NCBI RefSeq assembly: GCF_000981445.1
Contig: NC_027219.1
Location: forward strand, 186,001 to 250,000
Direction: 5' to 3'
Length of the DNA stretch: 64,000 nucleotides
Source of the DNA: Babesia bigemina
Taxonomy: Eukaryota
In this document: positions 22,076-33,042 of the stretch, piece by piece
How the letters are laid out: the number at the start of each line of letters is the position of its first letter
Position numbering within the stretch: position 1 is the first letter of the stretch
Translations under genes and position numbers: made by a program
Notes under the pieces: model-generated
Seen by the model: only the letters and a program-made list of their open reading frames with translations
What the model was told of the DNA's origin: nothing
Databases searched by the model: none

Positions 22076-22597
22076 ATGACTGAGGTGCGGCGCATACCCG
22101 GCTCCAAGCTCTTAATCACCAAGGCTCTGAGTTGTGTACAGAAAACGTTGTCGGTGTGTGAGGGTTTGACCGCAGTAGCGGATGTGCCGCACCTATTGGA
22201 GGTTGCACAACGGCCTGCACCGATACCGGCCTACGCGTTCACTACTACATCTACCGTACTCTCATTCATCAGTATAGAGCAAGACTCGGGAAGGAACGCG
22301 AGTGATACAGGCGCCGAGAAGTACATTGCAGGGGATCCCACGGGATGCATACGTGTTTTGTTCCCATCCCACCTAAAACCGACAGACTCACCTGCAGGCA
22401 AAACCTATGTTGTCACAGACGTGGCGATTGCGGTGAGAAGTGGTGTGATATACTTTGAAATCATAGAAGGCACAAGGCTGCTGCTTTGTCAGGGTCGTCC
22501 CGAATTTCACGTTCGGCGCGACAACGACGTTTCCCGCAACTGCCTGTGTGAAGTGCAGCACAATGAACGCAGTGATATCATGCAATTTATACCTTAG
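22076..22597 (+). CDS. Small OB-fold nucleic-acid-binding-like protein
   Basis: AGDPTGCI...GKTYVVTD.AI.V..G...F...FHVRRDNDVS resembles single-OB-fold SSB-like proteins. Confidence 0.55.
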   Translation: MTEVRRIPGSKLLITKALSCVQKTLSVCEGLTAVADVPHLLEVAQRPAPIPAYAFTTTSTVLSFISIEQDSGRNASDTGAEKYIAGDPTGCIRVLFPSHLKPTDSPAGKTYVVTDVAIAVRSGVIYFEIIEGTRLLLCQGRPEFHVRRDNDVSRNCLCEVQHNERSDIMQFIP

Positions 22598-23183
22598 AGC
22601 GCGGAATTCTCGTATTTCGATTAGCGGTTCGGAAGGAGTTTCAGACAAAGACAATTGGCCTTGTAATAATCCACCGGCCTTATAACAGGCCTGCCACAGG
22701 GCAATATTTGCTATTATGAATCACATGACTGCAATTGTACATTAATGTAATGACAGGACCACAAAATTTTGCGTGTCTTAATATTTGGTGTGTAGAAAGA
22801 AACGACGTCATTCCTAGTTCTTGTGGTAGCGCGCAGTTTTGACGGCTGACAATTTGCACATCCTATAGAAATATCTTTTGACATTGATTGTCACGCGGGA
22901 ACAGCCATTCTTCCTTGTCTGACACGTCAACCCGATAAGCAAGCGACGAGACAGTCGCTCCTTGAAAGACGCTAATCCGTTGCCAATTGCATCACTGCCA
23001 CCGGTGATGGCTGTAGCAATGTTTAACATGTGTCCATATCGAAAAGTTGTCGCACACATCGAGGCAGATACAATTGCTACACCATCCCTGTGCGGTTGCT
23101 TCTACGCCTATTCCTCGTCACACGAGAGATCACACCGTCGTTAAAGAAGCTGGGATATGAATTAATTCTGCTGATCGGTGGAA

Positions 23184-26100
23184 ATGGTCGACCGCGACTT
23201 GGGGGCGCCGAAGGCGCCTGCGCCTGGCGCGGAAAACATATCCTTCACAGATGCTGTGTCTAGCTCAAGGATGGTGTCTTCGCTACTGATGAACCAGGAT
23301 AGGAACATACAGGTGGCGCGTAGTTTCACCCGCTGGGAGCAAGGGCGTGAATCCGGAGCATCCAACGACAACAACGTGAACATTTTCGACTCCATGGTTG
23401 TAGAAACTGACAGGGGTTATGCTGCGCAGTCTTCTCCTGGCAGCGCGACAAATAACACGTGTCTCACGTACGGAAATGTCATGAGGCGTGGCTCCCATGC
23501 AAACACCAGTGAAATCGCAGAAGCTGGCACCTCGCGTTACTCACTCAGCACGCTTGGTAGTAGCCGGGGCAAACAACGTGGCAACTCTACCCCGTCGGAC
23601 GCGGATTCCTCCATGTCCAGTGATATTGAAATCAATGCGAACATGATGAGTCGCAAAACTGCGTTGGGAGCCCTGATGCGTGACCGAGGTAAGAGCGTCC
23701 AGCGTGCGAAGAAGATGAGTGCGAACGCGTTGGACACGTACAAGGCTCCGAGCCGTTTAACCTCGCCAAGGCAGCCGAAGACATCAACGCAGCCAAATAC
23801 AGTGCCCGTAGCTGGAGGCGATGCGGCGGCGGCGGACAATACGACGCATCGCCCTCCTAAGCTCACGCATGGTAAATCTCCAGCCAACCTCAACGAAACG
23901 AAGGGGTCAACCAGCCCCGGCAAACACGAGGAAAAAGAAAGCAGCCCTACTCCTGGAGACACAAGTAGCACCAATAGGGAAGACCTCTTTTCCAAGATAA
24001 AGCGTGCTGTTACCCGGGACCTGTCGGACGATGTACGCCCTCCGCTGATTCACTCCTTCGCAAACAAAATACTCGGCATGCGCACGCCGTGGCAGCTTCC
24101 AATGAAAGAACGCAGTCTGCGCAACAACGTGCAGCAGCTCATCAGTTTTTTCAGGGTGCTCGAACGGTACGTCGAGGATCAGGTCTACCGTTACGGTCCG
24201 TCGCTGCACCCGAGGCTGGATAAGGTTTACAACGACGTATACGCTAAGATTGACCAGATGTTCAAAAAGATCACGGACAAGGGCATATCTCAGGTGGACG
24301 AGCCTAGAAGAATCGCAGTTGTCGGTAATGAAGTGTATGACATTGGCGACCATCACCCAAGGGGCTCTCCAATTTACTACCAAAAGTTCGTCATTTTCGA
24401 CCTGTCTCAAGACAGTTCCAATTTCTCTAACGAACACGGGGATGTGTTTAACAGGCAGGTTCTGAGTTTTCCCATGAACAGCCGCGGGTTGCCTTCGATG
24501 AGTTACCTCTGCTCCGTAACGTCAGCCGTCCTCTTTTGGTTGGACTTCTACAACAGGGACAACTTGGTCATCTTCAACTATGCTGCTCTGAATTACAACA
24601 TGTTGCTGACGTTTGCGTGCTCAATTTTAGCATCGCAGCCCGTGGCAACGGCCAACGAAATAAACCAGATGATCACAAACTCTTTCGACTGGAGGAAGAA
24701 GTGTCGCAAGGTCGCCAGCGGAGCTGCGAAGGCCACTTCGGACCAAATGCACCAAAGCGAGCTGCCGCAAATGATTCCAATCGCTCGGTGGCCCCCCTCG
24801 TACAAGCGGTACATGAGCTACTTCCTCAGCCTTTATGCCACGCCGGTTGATTTCGTGGTTGCGCAACAATTCAAGTTAAGGCACATCACCCTCATCAACT
24901 GTTTACTGCCGGGTACCGACGTGACGCTGGAGGTCTACAAAGTCGGCCCAGATGCTGTAGAGGCTGCCAACTTCCAAAAGCGGGGTAATCTGGAGTGCAG
25001 CAAGGAGTGCGCCAGGTATTCCGCAGTTTTCTACCCCAAATGTGCGTGCGGCGGCAAAGAGCGAGATGGAGCCATGCTTATAGCGTGTTCTGCAGATTAC
25101 ACTGTGGTCTCGAAGTCAACGAAGTCCAAATCCGGCAAACACGGTTACGTTGGGGAGGTGAGGTTCGACTTCTCTCTTGATGCTGAAGGGAACAGACGGA
25201 ATGCTGTGATATCGGGCGATGTCGCCATTGCGCTTATTGCGGTGTCCATGAAGCAGAGGAAGGTGATAGCTACGTACAGCTTCAATACGGGTTTCGTCAG
25301 CAGCGACATGATCGAAGTCCCCAAAGCTGAACTCGACATATGGGACACTTCCTGCGCCATTCAGCCGCAGGGCCAGATGACCATTGCCATGGAAAGCAGA
25401 CCGCTGTACAGTGGTGATAGTAGGAATAAGTCAATTCCTCCTGCTGTTATAACCCCTCCAACGTCTGATGTCGGTGTTTTCATGAGACACCACGTGGCTA
25501 AGGTGTCTTCGGATGATGCGAAGGCACTTGTGAATGCCACTGGCCTCTCCTACGATACGTGCGCATTCGCACTCAAGCTGTGTCCAAGATACATAGATGC
25601 CATGGCTATTCTGAGCGCACTATTCGTCCCGAAGAAGTTGAAAGTTGAGATGGAAAACAATTTGTACCGTTCGCCTCGGTCGCCCACAATAGAAATACCG
25701 ATTGTCGCATCTCTAGATTCACCGAGAGTGGATAGTGCGCGCATATACAGCCCTACGGGTGGACTGAGTCGTGGATATTCCGTTATATTGACGCCTGGCA
25801 CCAGCATCGGGGGCATGGCACCCATTAGCAGAATTGGTAGCTTTGCATCTGGTGCTGGCATTGGTATCGACGGTGGTATCGCAGGCTACGATGTAGACCC
25901 TAGGATTGGACTGATTTCAACGCATGCCGGCGCAGCAAACCGAATGGGATTGGTAAGTCATGATTCTGGGTTGCGTCCTGATACAGAAGGCCGTGATTAC
26001 TTTACGGATGGCAATTTGGGTGACAGCGTCGACATTGGAACGCCCACTGGTCGTCGATCTAGAATCGCACGGGCAGCGTGCCGCAGTGATCCTGAAGCTT

Positions 26101-28757
26101 TGTACGATGGGGGGGCTGAAGTAGGAGGCATACGCAGTTCCCATGGTCGTAGGTCTAGAGTCGCAGGACATACAAGCCAAATCGCTGATGACCTCGTCAG
26201 TGATAGTGATGGCGAAGCTGTAGAAGTTGGAACTGTGTCTGGATTTAGCACCAGAATTTCAGGAAGGCGAACCCATATAGATAATGAAGCAATAGGTGAT
26301 ACTGAAGCTGTAGAAGTTGGAACTCCGTCTGGATTCAGATCCAGAATCTCAGGAAGGGGAACTCAAATCGATAATGAAGCAATAGGTGATGGTGATGATG
26401 AAGTCGGAGATCTGGGAACACCGTCTGGGCGTACGTCCAGGGTTACACGACCCGCATACCGAATAGATAACGAAGCACTATACGAGAGGGCTACTGAAGT
26501 TGGAGGCGTGGCAACGTCTCGGAGCAGGTCTAGAATCGCGCGTGGCACAGTCGAAATTGAGGGTGAGGCTACAGGCGATAACGGAGATGAAATTGTATAT
26601 ATAGCAACTCCATCTGGTCACAGGTACAGAGTCCCACGGAGTGTACAGCAAATTAGTAATGAAGCTACGGATGGTATGGGAAGTGAACTGGGTTCCACCG
26701 CGACCCTTGCTCGTGGTGCTGCATTGGCGGGGGGCGTCGTAGCCGATGCGGCTACAGCAATGCAGGATGGCGTCCACGCAACACAATTAGGAACCGGCAG
26801 TCTAAAGCAAGATGTCGGAACGAGACTGCGCATCGCAACGGACGTTGGAAAACTAGGCGTTGAAACGCAGGCCGGAATCGATAATGATGGCAGGATCGGC
26901 GGGGCCTATACGCTGTCTAATGATTCGACTGTCAAGATACAAAGGCTTGCCAACTTAAAAGACGTTGAAGGTGCTGAAAGCCTTACTGTAGACCAGGTGG
27001 AGCGCATATTGGTGGAATCTGATGGCAACATGCAGCTGCTGTTAGTGGATGGCACCACGAGGCCTGTGCCTAATAACAGCGTGAGCTCACTCCTGCAGAT
27101 GTTCGGCCCCCCCCAAAGTCATCCGTATGATCATGGCAAATTGGTATCGCAAGATGGCGTCCCTGGGGGCGCAGAGATGCTGAAGCGGGGTGGTGGTATA
27201 CCTTCGGGCGCATATCCAGCAAAGCTGGCATCGAAGGCAATACCACAAGGGGTGCCAAAAGCATCGCCTCCGCCACCTTCGGCTGATAAAGCAAAATCGC
27301 CTCCTGACGAGCTCGAGCCTCAAGCTGCAGCTACAAGCCCAGACGCTCCCGTCGTTAAGAAACTGGCTCCGCCGAAGGCCAAAACCGTGCCGTCCAAACT
27401 TCCTCCGCCATCGTCCAAACCGAAAGGCGCCCCTGCGAAATCCGCCGCCCCGCCCATGAAGAAGGGGCCGCCATGTAAAATGAAAGCTGCACCGCCGCCT
27501 CCGATTCTGAAGGGCAAAGCGGCAGTGGCCAAGAAGCCGCCCCCGTTGGGGGTGCGCTTACACTGGAAGCCTCTTAACATAAATGCCGTCAAAGGCACCA
27601 TCTTCGAGAATTTGCCTAAACCGTCGGCGGAGGACAAACTGTTCGACTCAACCCTGGTCAAGCAGCTTTTCAGCAAGGCGACTATAAAGCGTCAACTTAC
27701 CATGAAGGCGCCTGAGCTTAAGCGACAGTTGCTAAAGGAGATTCTAGATCCCAAGCGTGCGCAGAACATTGGTATCATTCTCCGGTTCAACAACGAGTCT
27801 CAGTTCGACGAGCTCATAGACGCTTTGGACAATCTGAAGCTTGATGATCCCATAGTCAACATCGACAACATATTCAAGATCCAATCTGCGCTGCCTCAGG
27901 GGCCTGAAGTCAGCGCCTTCACAGCCGTGCTACAAAGCAAGGCTGACCTATCGGAATTCAGGGACGTCGAGCAGAAGGTATTCAAAATTGTCAAGCGCGA
28001 TTTTATGGATGACAAGGTGAAAGTGGCGCATTTCGCTCTGAACTACAAAACCCTTCTGGAGAGCATTAATAACCAGCTGGGTGCGTTCCAGCGAGCTAAT
28101 GAGCAGATCGCCGGCAACGAGTTCCTGCCCATTATAATGGGAGGCATCCTGCAGTACGGCAACTTCGTTAACCATGGCGATGACACGGTGGTGCAGACTC
28201 CGGGGTTCAGCCTATCGTCGGCGATCAAGCTGATCGACCTCAAGTCCGCTGACAACTCCCTGAGTTCGATGCATTATCTGGTGGTCAACTTGGTCGTCAA
28301 GTTCCCCGACCTTGACTTCGCTACGTTTGACAAGTCCCTCCACCACGTGTTTGAGGCGGAGAAGATCAGCGCCAACGGTGTGGACGAGCTTTTCGACGAG
28401 ATCCGGGATGGACTTAACTTCTTACTGCGCCTCGTTGAACGGGTGCCCCAGGATACCGTGCTGTACCGCAAGACCAAGGCTCTCATAGCCGAGAGCACGG
28501 AAGCCACGGGCATTGCGAGCGAGCGCCACGAAACCGTGTTCGAGGCCACCAGGACTACGTGGCGCTTCCTCGGCGAGGAATGCAAGCAGGGCACATCGCT
28601 GGACGAGATATTCCGAATTCTCGCCGACTTCATGCGATGCATCAAACGCGTGATGAACGACATCCAGCAACGTCCGTCGAAGTTCATCGTTGCCATCAAC
28701 GACGAGGAGAAGCGTGAGCTCTACAACAGCAAATTCTCTCGTGCGCGCAAGCGCTGA
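23184..28757 (+). CDS. FRM2: Formin (FH1+FH2) with PTEN/C2-like N-terminal region, formin-2 type
   Basis: PPSYKRY, ISGDV, FNTGFV (PTEN-C2-like); Pro-rich FH1; FH2 motifs LHWKPL, LDPKRAQNIGI, GNFVN, GFSLSS..KL.DLKS. Confidence 0.9.
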   Translation: MVDRDLGAPKAPAPGAENISFTDAVSSSRMVSSLLMNQDRNIQVARSFTRWEQGRESGASNDNNVNIFDSMVVETDRGYAAQSSPGSATNNTCLTYGNVMRRGSHANTSEIAEAGTSRYSLSTLGSSRGKQRGNSTPSDADSSMSSDIEINANMMSRKTALGALMRDRGKSVQRAKKMSANALDTYKAPSRLTSPRQPKTSTQPNTVPVAGGDAAAADNTTHRPPKLTHGKSPANLNETKGSTSPGKHEEKESSPTPGDTSSTNREDLFSKIKRAVTRDLSDDVRPPLIHSFANKILGMRTPWQLPMKERSLRNNVQQLISFFRVLERYVEDQVYRYGPSLHPRLDKVYNDVYAKIDQMFKKITDKGISQVDEPRRIAVVGNEVYDIGDHHPRGSPIYYQKFVIFDLSQDSSNFSNEHGDVFNRQVLSFPMNSRGLPSMSYLCSVTSAVLFWLDFYNRDNLVIFNYAALNYNMLLTFACSILASQPVATANEINQMITNSFDWRKKCRKVASGAAKATSDQMHQSELPQMIPIARWPPSYKRYMSYFLSLYATPVDFVVAQQFKLRHITLINCLLPGTDVTLEVYKVGPDAVEAANFQKRGNLECSKECARYSAVFYPKCACGGKERDGAMLIACSADYTVVSKSTKSKSGKHGYVGEVRFDFSLDAEGNRRNAVISGDVAIALIAVSMKQRKVIATYSFNTGFVSSDMIEVPKAELDIWDTSCAIQPQGQMTIAMESRPLYSGDSRNKSIPPAVITPPTSDVGVFMRHHVAKVSSDDAKALVNATGLSYDTCAFALKLCPRYIDAMAILSALFVPKKLKVEMENNLYRSPRSPTIEIPIVASLDSPRVDSARIYSPTGGLSRGYSVILTPGTSIGGMAPISRIGSFASGAGIGIDGGIAGYDVDPRIGLISTHAGAANRMGLVSHDSGLRPDTEGRDYFTDGNLGDSVDIGTPTGRRSRIARAACRSDPEALYDGGAEVGGIRSSHGRRSRVAGHTSQIADDLVSDSDGEAVEVGTVSGFSTRISGRRTHIDNEAIGDTEAVEVGTPSGFRSRISGRGTQIDNEAIGDGDDEVGDLGTPSGRTSRVTRPAYRIDNEALYERATEVGGVATSRSRSRIARGTVEIEGEATGDNGDEIVYIATPSGHRYRVPRSVQQISNEATDGMGSELGSTATLARGAALAGGVVADAATAMQDGVHATQLGTGSLKQDVGTRLRIATDVGKLGVETQAGIDNDGRIGGAYTLSNDSTVKIQRLANLKDVEGAESLTVDQVERILVESDGNMQLLLVDGTTRPVPNNSVSSLLQMFGPPQSHPYDHGKLVSQDGVPGGAEMLKRGGGIPSGAYPAKLASKAIPQGVPKASPPPPSADKAKSPPDELEPQAAATSPDAPVVKKLAPPKAKTVPSKLPPPSSKPKGAPAKSAAPPMKKGPPCKMKAAPPPPILKGKAAVAKKPPPLGVRLHWKPLNINAVKGTIFENLPKPSAEDKLFDSTLVKQLFSKATIKRQLTMKAPELKRQLLKEILDPKRAQNIGIILRFNNESQFDELIDALDNLKLDDPIVNIDNIFKIQSALPQGPEVSAFTAVLQSKADLSEFRDVEQKVFKIVKRDFMDDKVKVAHFALNYKTLLESINNQLGAFQRANEQIAGNEFLPIIMGGILQYGNFVNHGDDTVVQTPGFSLSSAIKLIDLKSADNSLSSMHYLVVNLVVKFPDLDFATFDKSLHHVFEAEKISANGVDELFDEIRDGLNFLLRLVERVPQDTVLYRKTKALIAESTEATGIASERHETVFEATRTTWRFLGEECKQGTSLDEIFRILADFMRCIKRVMNDIQQRPSKFIVAINDEEKRELYNSKFSRARKR
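26020..26700 (+). repeat. Degenerate ~30-32-aa coding repeats within formin (~7 units)
   Basis: Consensus E.VEVGTPSGRRSRI.....QIDNEA..D; two units near-identical in DNA at 26214 and 26304 (90-bp period). Confidence 0.85.
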
Positions 28758-28818
28758 GAACGGCCAGTTGTAATTTGTTACACACATAGTTTATTTTCGC
28801 GCCTGCTGTGGCGGTAAT

Positions 28819-29388
28819 ATGGAGGAAGACGAGGGTGTGGATTCCGACCTGGAGCTCGGCATCGCGCTGTCGATCTCCCAGCAGGCCAGCAGCGAATCAG
28901 AGCGGCCGGTTCTGAAAACTAGGCGTCGCAGGCTGCTTCCGCCGGTGGCGGTGTGTCCGCGCAGCAAGAAGCTGCTGCGCAATGTGTGTCTAAACGACCG
29001 GGCTGCCGCCCGTAGAATCCACGGAATCATCGACGCGGCGTTCAAGACTCTCCACGCTGTAGGTGACGCCGAGGGCGATCCCAGCGACCCGCTCGACGTG
29101 GACGCGCTCGAGCTTGCGTTGTTGCGGCTGGGATTTGCGGTGGACGAGGCGCAGCTGCAGGACATGTTGCGGTGCTACCAGCATGACGGCACCGCCCCCG
29201 CCTCGTCGCAGCTTGCCGAATTCGCCTTATACACGCGTGAAACTGTGGGTAATCGCAACGTGGAGTCAGAGTGGCGTCCCAAGGGCGCAGGCAGTAGGCT
29301 GCCCATAGAACGCATCGACCAAGGCACGTTCAGGGACATATTTCTAGACTGCAACCTTCGAATGGAAAACAACGGTCTAATATATTGA
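28819..29388 (+). CDS. Hypothetical protein with UIM-like motif and EF-hand-like region
   Basis: DSDLELGIALSISQQ (UIM-like); LDVDALELALLRLGFAVDEAQLQDML...IDQGTFRDIF (centrin/calmodulin-lobe-like). Confidence 0.65.
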   Translation: MEEDEGVDSDLELGIALSISQQASSESERPVLKTRRRRLLPPVAVCPRSKKLLRNVCLNDRAAARRIHGIIDAAFKTLHAVGDAEGDPSDPLDVDALELALLRLGFAVDEAQLQDMLRCYQHDGTAPASSQLAEFALYTRETVGNRNVESEWRPKGAGSRLPIERIDQGTFRDIFLDCNLRMENNGLIY

Positions 29389-29468
29389 AACCTATGTTAT
29401 TCACTTCCCGATTGCGCGTCGATTCATCCCAAACGGGTTGACAACGCATTGTAGGCACGTAGAGCCTT

Positions 29469-32061
29469 CTATTTCTGCAGGTCCTCGGGGAATGCGATTT
29501 GGGAATCGCCCCTACCGAGGATGATCACCGCGAGACGCGTGTACCGGGCCACAGCATCGACGAGGTCCTTACGCTTCAGGCCGGACGCCAGAACTTGCTG
29601 CTCTATGTCGCGCACTAGCATCCATCCATCCCATCCCTCCTGTTGCCGCAATTCGTCACGGCGACGCCTGCGCTGGATTGCCGCATCGCGAGTAAAACGT
29701 ACCTTATCAGGTGCATCACCTCCGAAGTGCTAGTGTGGCGCCTGCTAGACATGCGATCTTGCATCGCTTCCGTGAGGCTCGCGCGCAGCTGCCCCGTCAG
29801 CCGCACCGCCTCTTCGAAGTCGCTCATTTCCACCACATTGCTAAAACGGATGCGAGCCAGGGCCTGAACATATGCCAACACTCTGACCGCCAACCACGTA
29901 CCTGGCATATACGTAGAACGGCGAGCATGCTACGTGGTGTGGTGTACGTGAAGCGCTCATCGTTGTACATCTCGCTTTCTTGCTCCTGCTGCCGCGCCTG
30001 CACGTACCAATCGGAGACCTTTTCGATAATTTCTTGCGACATGGTCGGCTCATACTGCTTAGCCATTGTGATGTAGGAGCGCATAAGCTCCTTGTCAACC
30101 ACCTCATACTTCGGCCTCTGCTCCTGCGCCACGCCCTTTATCAGGTCCACCACATGCTCCGCCAACTGCGCGTCCTTGCCACGATCCACACGATCCAGCA
30201 TGAGGAATTGCAAATCGAAACGGGTGAGCAGGGCCGCAGGCATGTTCATGTTCTGGAAGACGGAACGGCGTACGTCGTACACGCCATTTACGGGATTGGC
30301 GGCAGCCAGCACAGCCGAGCGCGCCGGCATGGAACTGCAGTGCCCCGCCTTCGCAATGGAAACGGTTTGCTGTTCCATAACCTCGTATATAGCGGATCGG
30401 TCGTAGTCGTCCATTTTGTCGAACTCGTCGATGCAGCAGAGACCCGTGTCTGCCAGCACGAGTGCACCGCCTTCCAGAGCGGTCTCGCCGGTTTGGGGGT
30501 CCTTCACAATGGCCGCCGTCATACCGGTACTACTGCTTCCTTTTCCAGTAGTGTATACGCCACGCGGGGATATGAGGCAAGCCTTCTTTAGCAGCTGGCT
30601 CTTCGCTACACCAGGGTCCCCGAGCAGCAAGATGTGAATGGCGCCCCTAATCACACCTCCGTCCGATTTCTCCCGAGTGACGCCACCAACCTACCAAAAG
30701 TGCACTGACCAAGTCACCATAGCCTACCAGTTGTATAAGCAAAGCCTTTTTCACGTCGTCATGGCCGTAAATCTCTGGTGCGATGGAGTAGGCCAACCGC
30801 TCGTACAAATCAGGGTCGCTGCGCAAAACCTCTATGCGGCGGGCCAACTCAGAGTCTGAAGTTGTTGTGGCGTCCAACGCCTTCTTTTGGTGCTGCAACG
30901 AAACGACACGGAAGACCTTGTCCGCCAGCAACGTTGAGCGATGGGGATTAAAGACATTATGCACCACCGGCAGCAGGATGCCATACAACAGCGCCGAGTC
31001 TCCAGGGCGAAGAGTTTGGGTCAGCTCGCCGAATAGCTCGCACCTGAGCGATTTGGGGAGCTCGCCATCAGCGAGGTGATAAAGAGGCTCTTGCACGCGG
31101 ATCTCCTGGTACTTTACGAACTTGCTCAAACTGCGGGTCCGTGACAACACGAGCCTATCGCACTCACCGTGAGTGGAACTTTAGGGTTCCCCTTGCATTG
31201 TTGCGCGTGGTGCACTCGACGCAGTCGCTGACTGGAAGGAAGTGCGGTCCTTGTATCTGCGCCACATTAATGCTCTAGGCTAGGAACTCACCGCCTTGTA
31301 CGTGTGGCCATGGCAGCTGTCACATTCGTACGTCGCCACTTGGACACGTGGTTTCAAAAGGCCGACGCGCGTTACGTCGACCTCTATCAGAGTCAGAGCG
31401 CCAATGTAGTCCGCATTGACACTCTTCATCTTCATCACCGAATCGTCCTCGCCCGGCAACAGCCATATCTCATAGTTGGAGTGCAAGTAGACTGGCAAGT
31501 TGCTGTTTCTCATGCGGCGCTCTCTGCGACCCTTTGAAACTCCACAAAAGCACAGCAAACATACCGCAACTCATCCACAGAGTCGATCACACTATTGTCC
31601 GTGCCATTGCCCGTGGGACCCAGCATAGAATCGTTATCTGCACTTGTGCTCTTCTCGATGTTTTCCAGACACATGTCCGCCGCGGCATACATCAGCTCCA
31701 GATAACGGTATGTGTTCAGCATGACGCCCTCGTACACTTGCCGTTCGTTGGTGTCCTTCATGAAGTGCTGCAACACTTTATCGACACGAAAAAACTACAC
31801 ACCTGGCGGATGTCGCCGATGTGTACCTTCAGTAAACGGCTGGTGCAGTTCTTTACATCTTGCTGAACAGAGTTTGACGAAGAATCCCTATGGAATTACC
31901 AGCTGATTCATGTAACGACGGTCGCCCCAAATCTGCTGTTGAGACTCCTCCTCCGACACCATTGACGGCGCCGAAAATGTCTCAAAGAAATGTGCAAGCG
32001 CTTTAACGTGCGCTCCCATCAGGGAAACGCGCTGTTGCGCCTCTTCCGAGGACAGCGCCAT
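29469..32061 (-). CDS. MCM7: DNA replication licensing factor MCM7, multi-exon
   Basis: [94 protein letters not shown]. Confidence 0.93.
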
Positions 32062-33042
32062 TTACAGTACGACACCGAATAGCGCTGGAACCAATCCAAC
32101 TGTAGACTAATTAATAGATTCAATGGTCCACAGCCACCTCTCTCACGTATTCGGCGCGTTAGAAAGCTGGGATTCCAGCCATTCAGAGGTGAGTGAAGCG
32201 TGCCAATGTATACGATGGGGAATGGATATTCCACGATTCCTCTGGCACCGCATATTAATATGAACTCCCACAGTCGTACTGAAATATAATTTTGAAATAC
32301 TGTACTGGGTTGTATTTGTACCACACGTTAAATTCTCCGGCCTTCCGCAGACGTGAATCTGCCGCAACAGGGTGTGGAAAGATTCCAGTGCTACTGCGCG
32401 AAATACGAATGTAGTTACATAGTATGAAGCGCTAAATTGGCTTATATCGATGTAAGAGGGTTGTATTTACGTATTGCCATTGATAGAGTGCGGTCATCAC
32501 GGCATTTTGGTGTCTTTTAATGCGAAACCTTAAAGGGCGCGATTACATTCGGTTACACAACTGCGAACGAGTCATGTTACGACTGCGTGTGCATTGTATG
32601 GTCTACTGTGCGATAACGCAGGAGGAATCCGCGAGCTTGCGCAGAAATACGAACGTGCACACCCTGAAAGCGTACCTTCTTCGTTTAGACCCTAGCAGAG
32701 CCTCAAACTACTGCAATACTGCGTTAAAATAAACAGCTGTCACAGTGTTGTGTCTTTCCTTTCACAAAAGCAATTTCGCAATACAGAGGAGTCCTGCAGC
32801 AGAGCACTGACATGCCGAAGGTTCGATCGACGCCGCACATAAAACTAGATAGTCATACATAATTCGACTGCAACCATTATATAATTGCGTTGTGGTGGTA
32901 TTCCCAGCAGTTGCGAAGCACGGCAGCTATTCCTTGGGTGACTCGCCATGTCGCTTTATGTCTTTATTGACTCTCTAACCACACACCTGGCTCAATAAGA
33001 CGCTCATGGTTCAAAGAAACGCGCTCATTTAGCGTTATAAAG

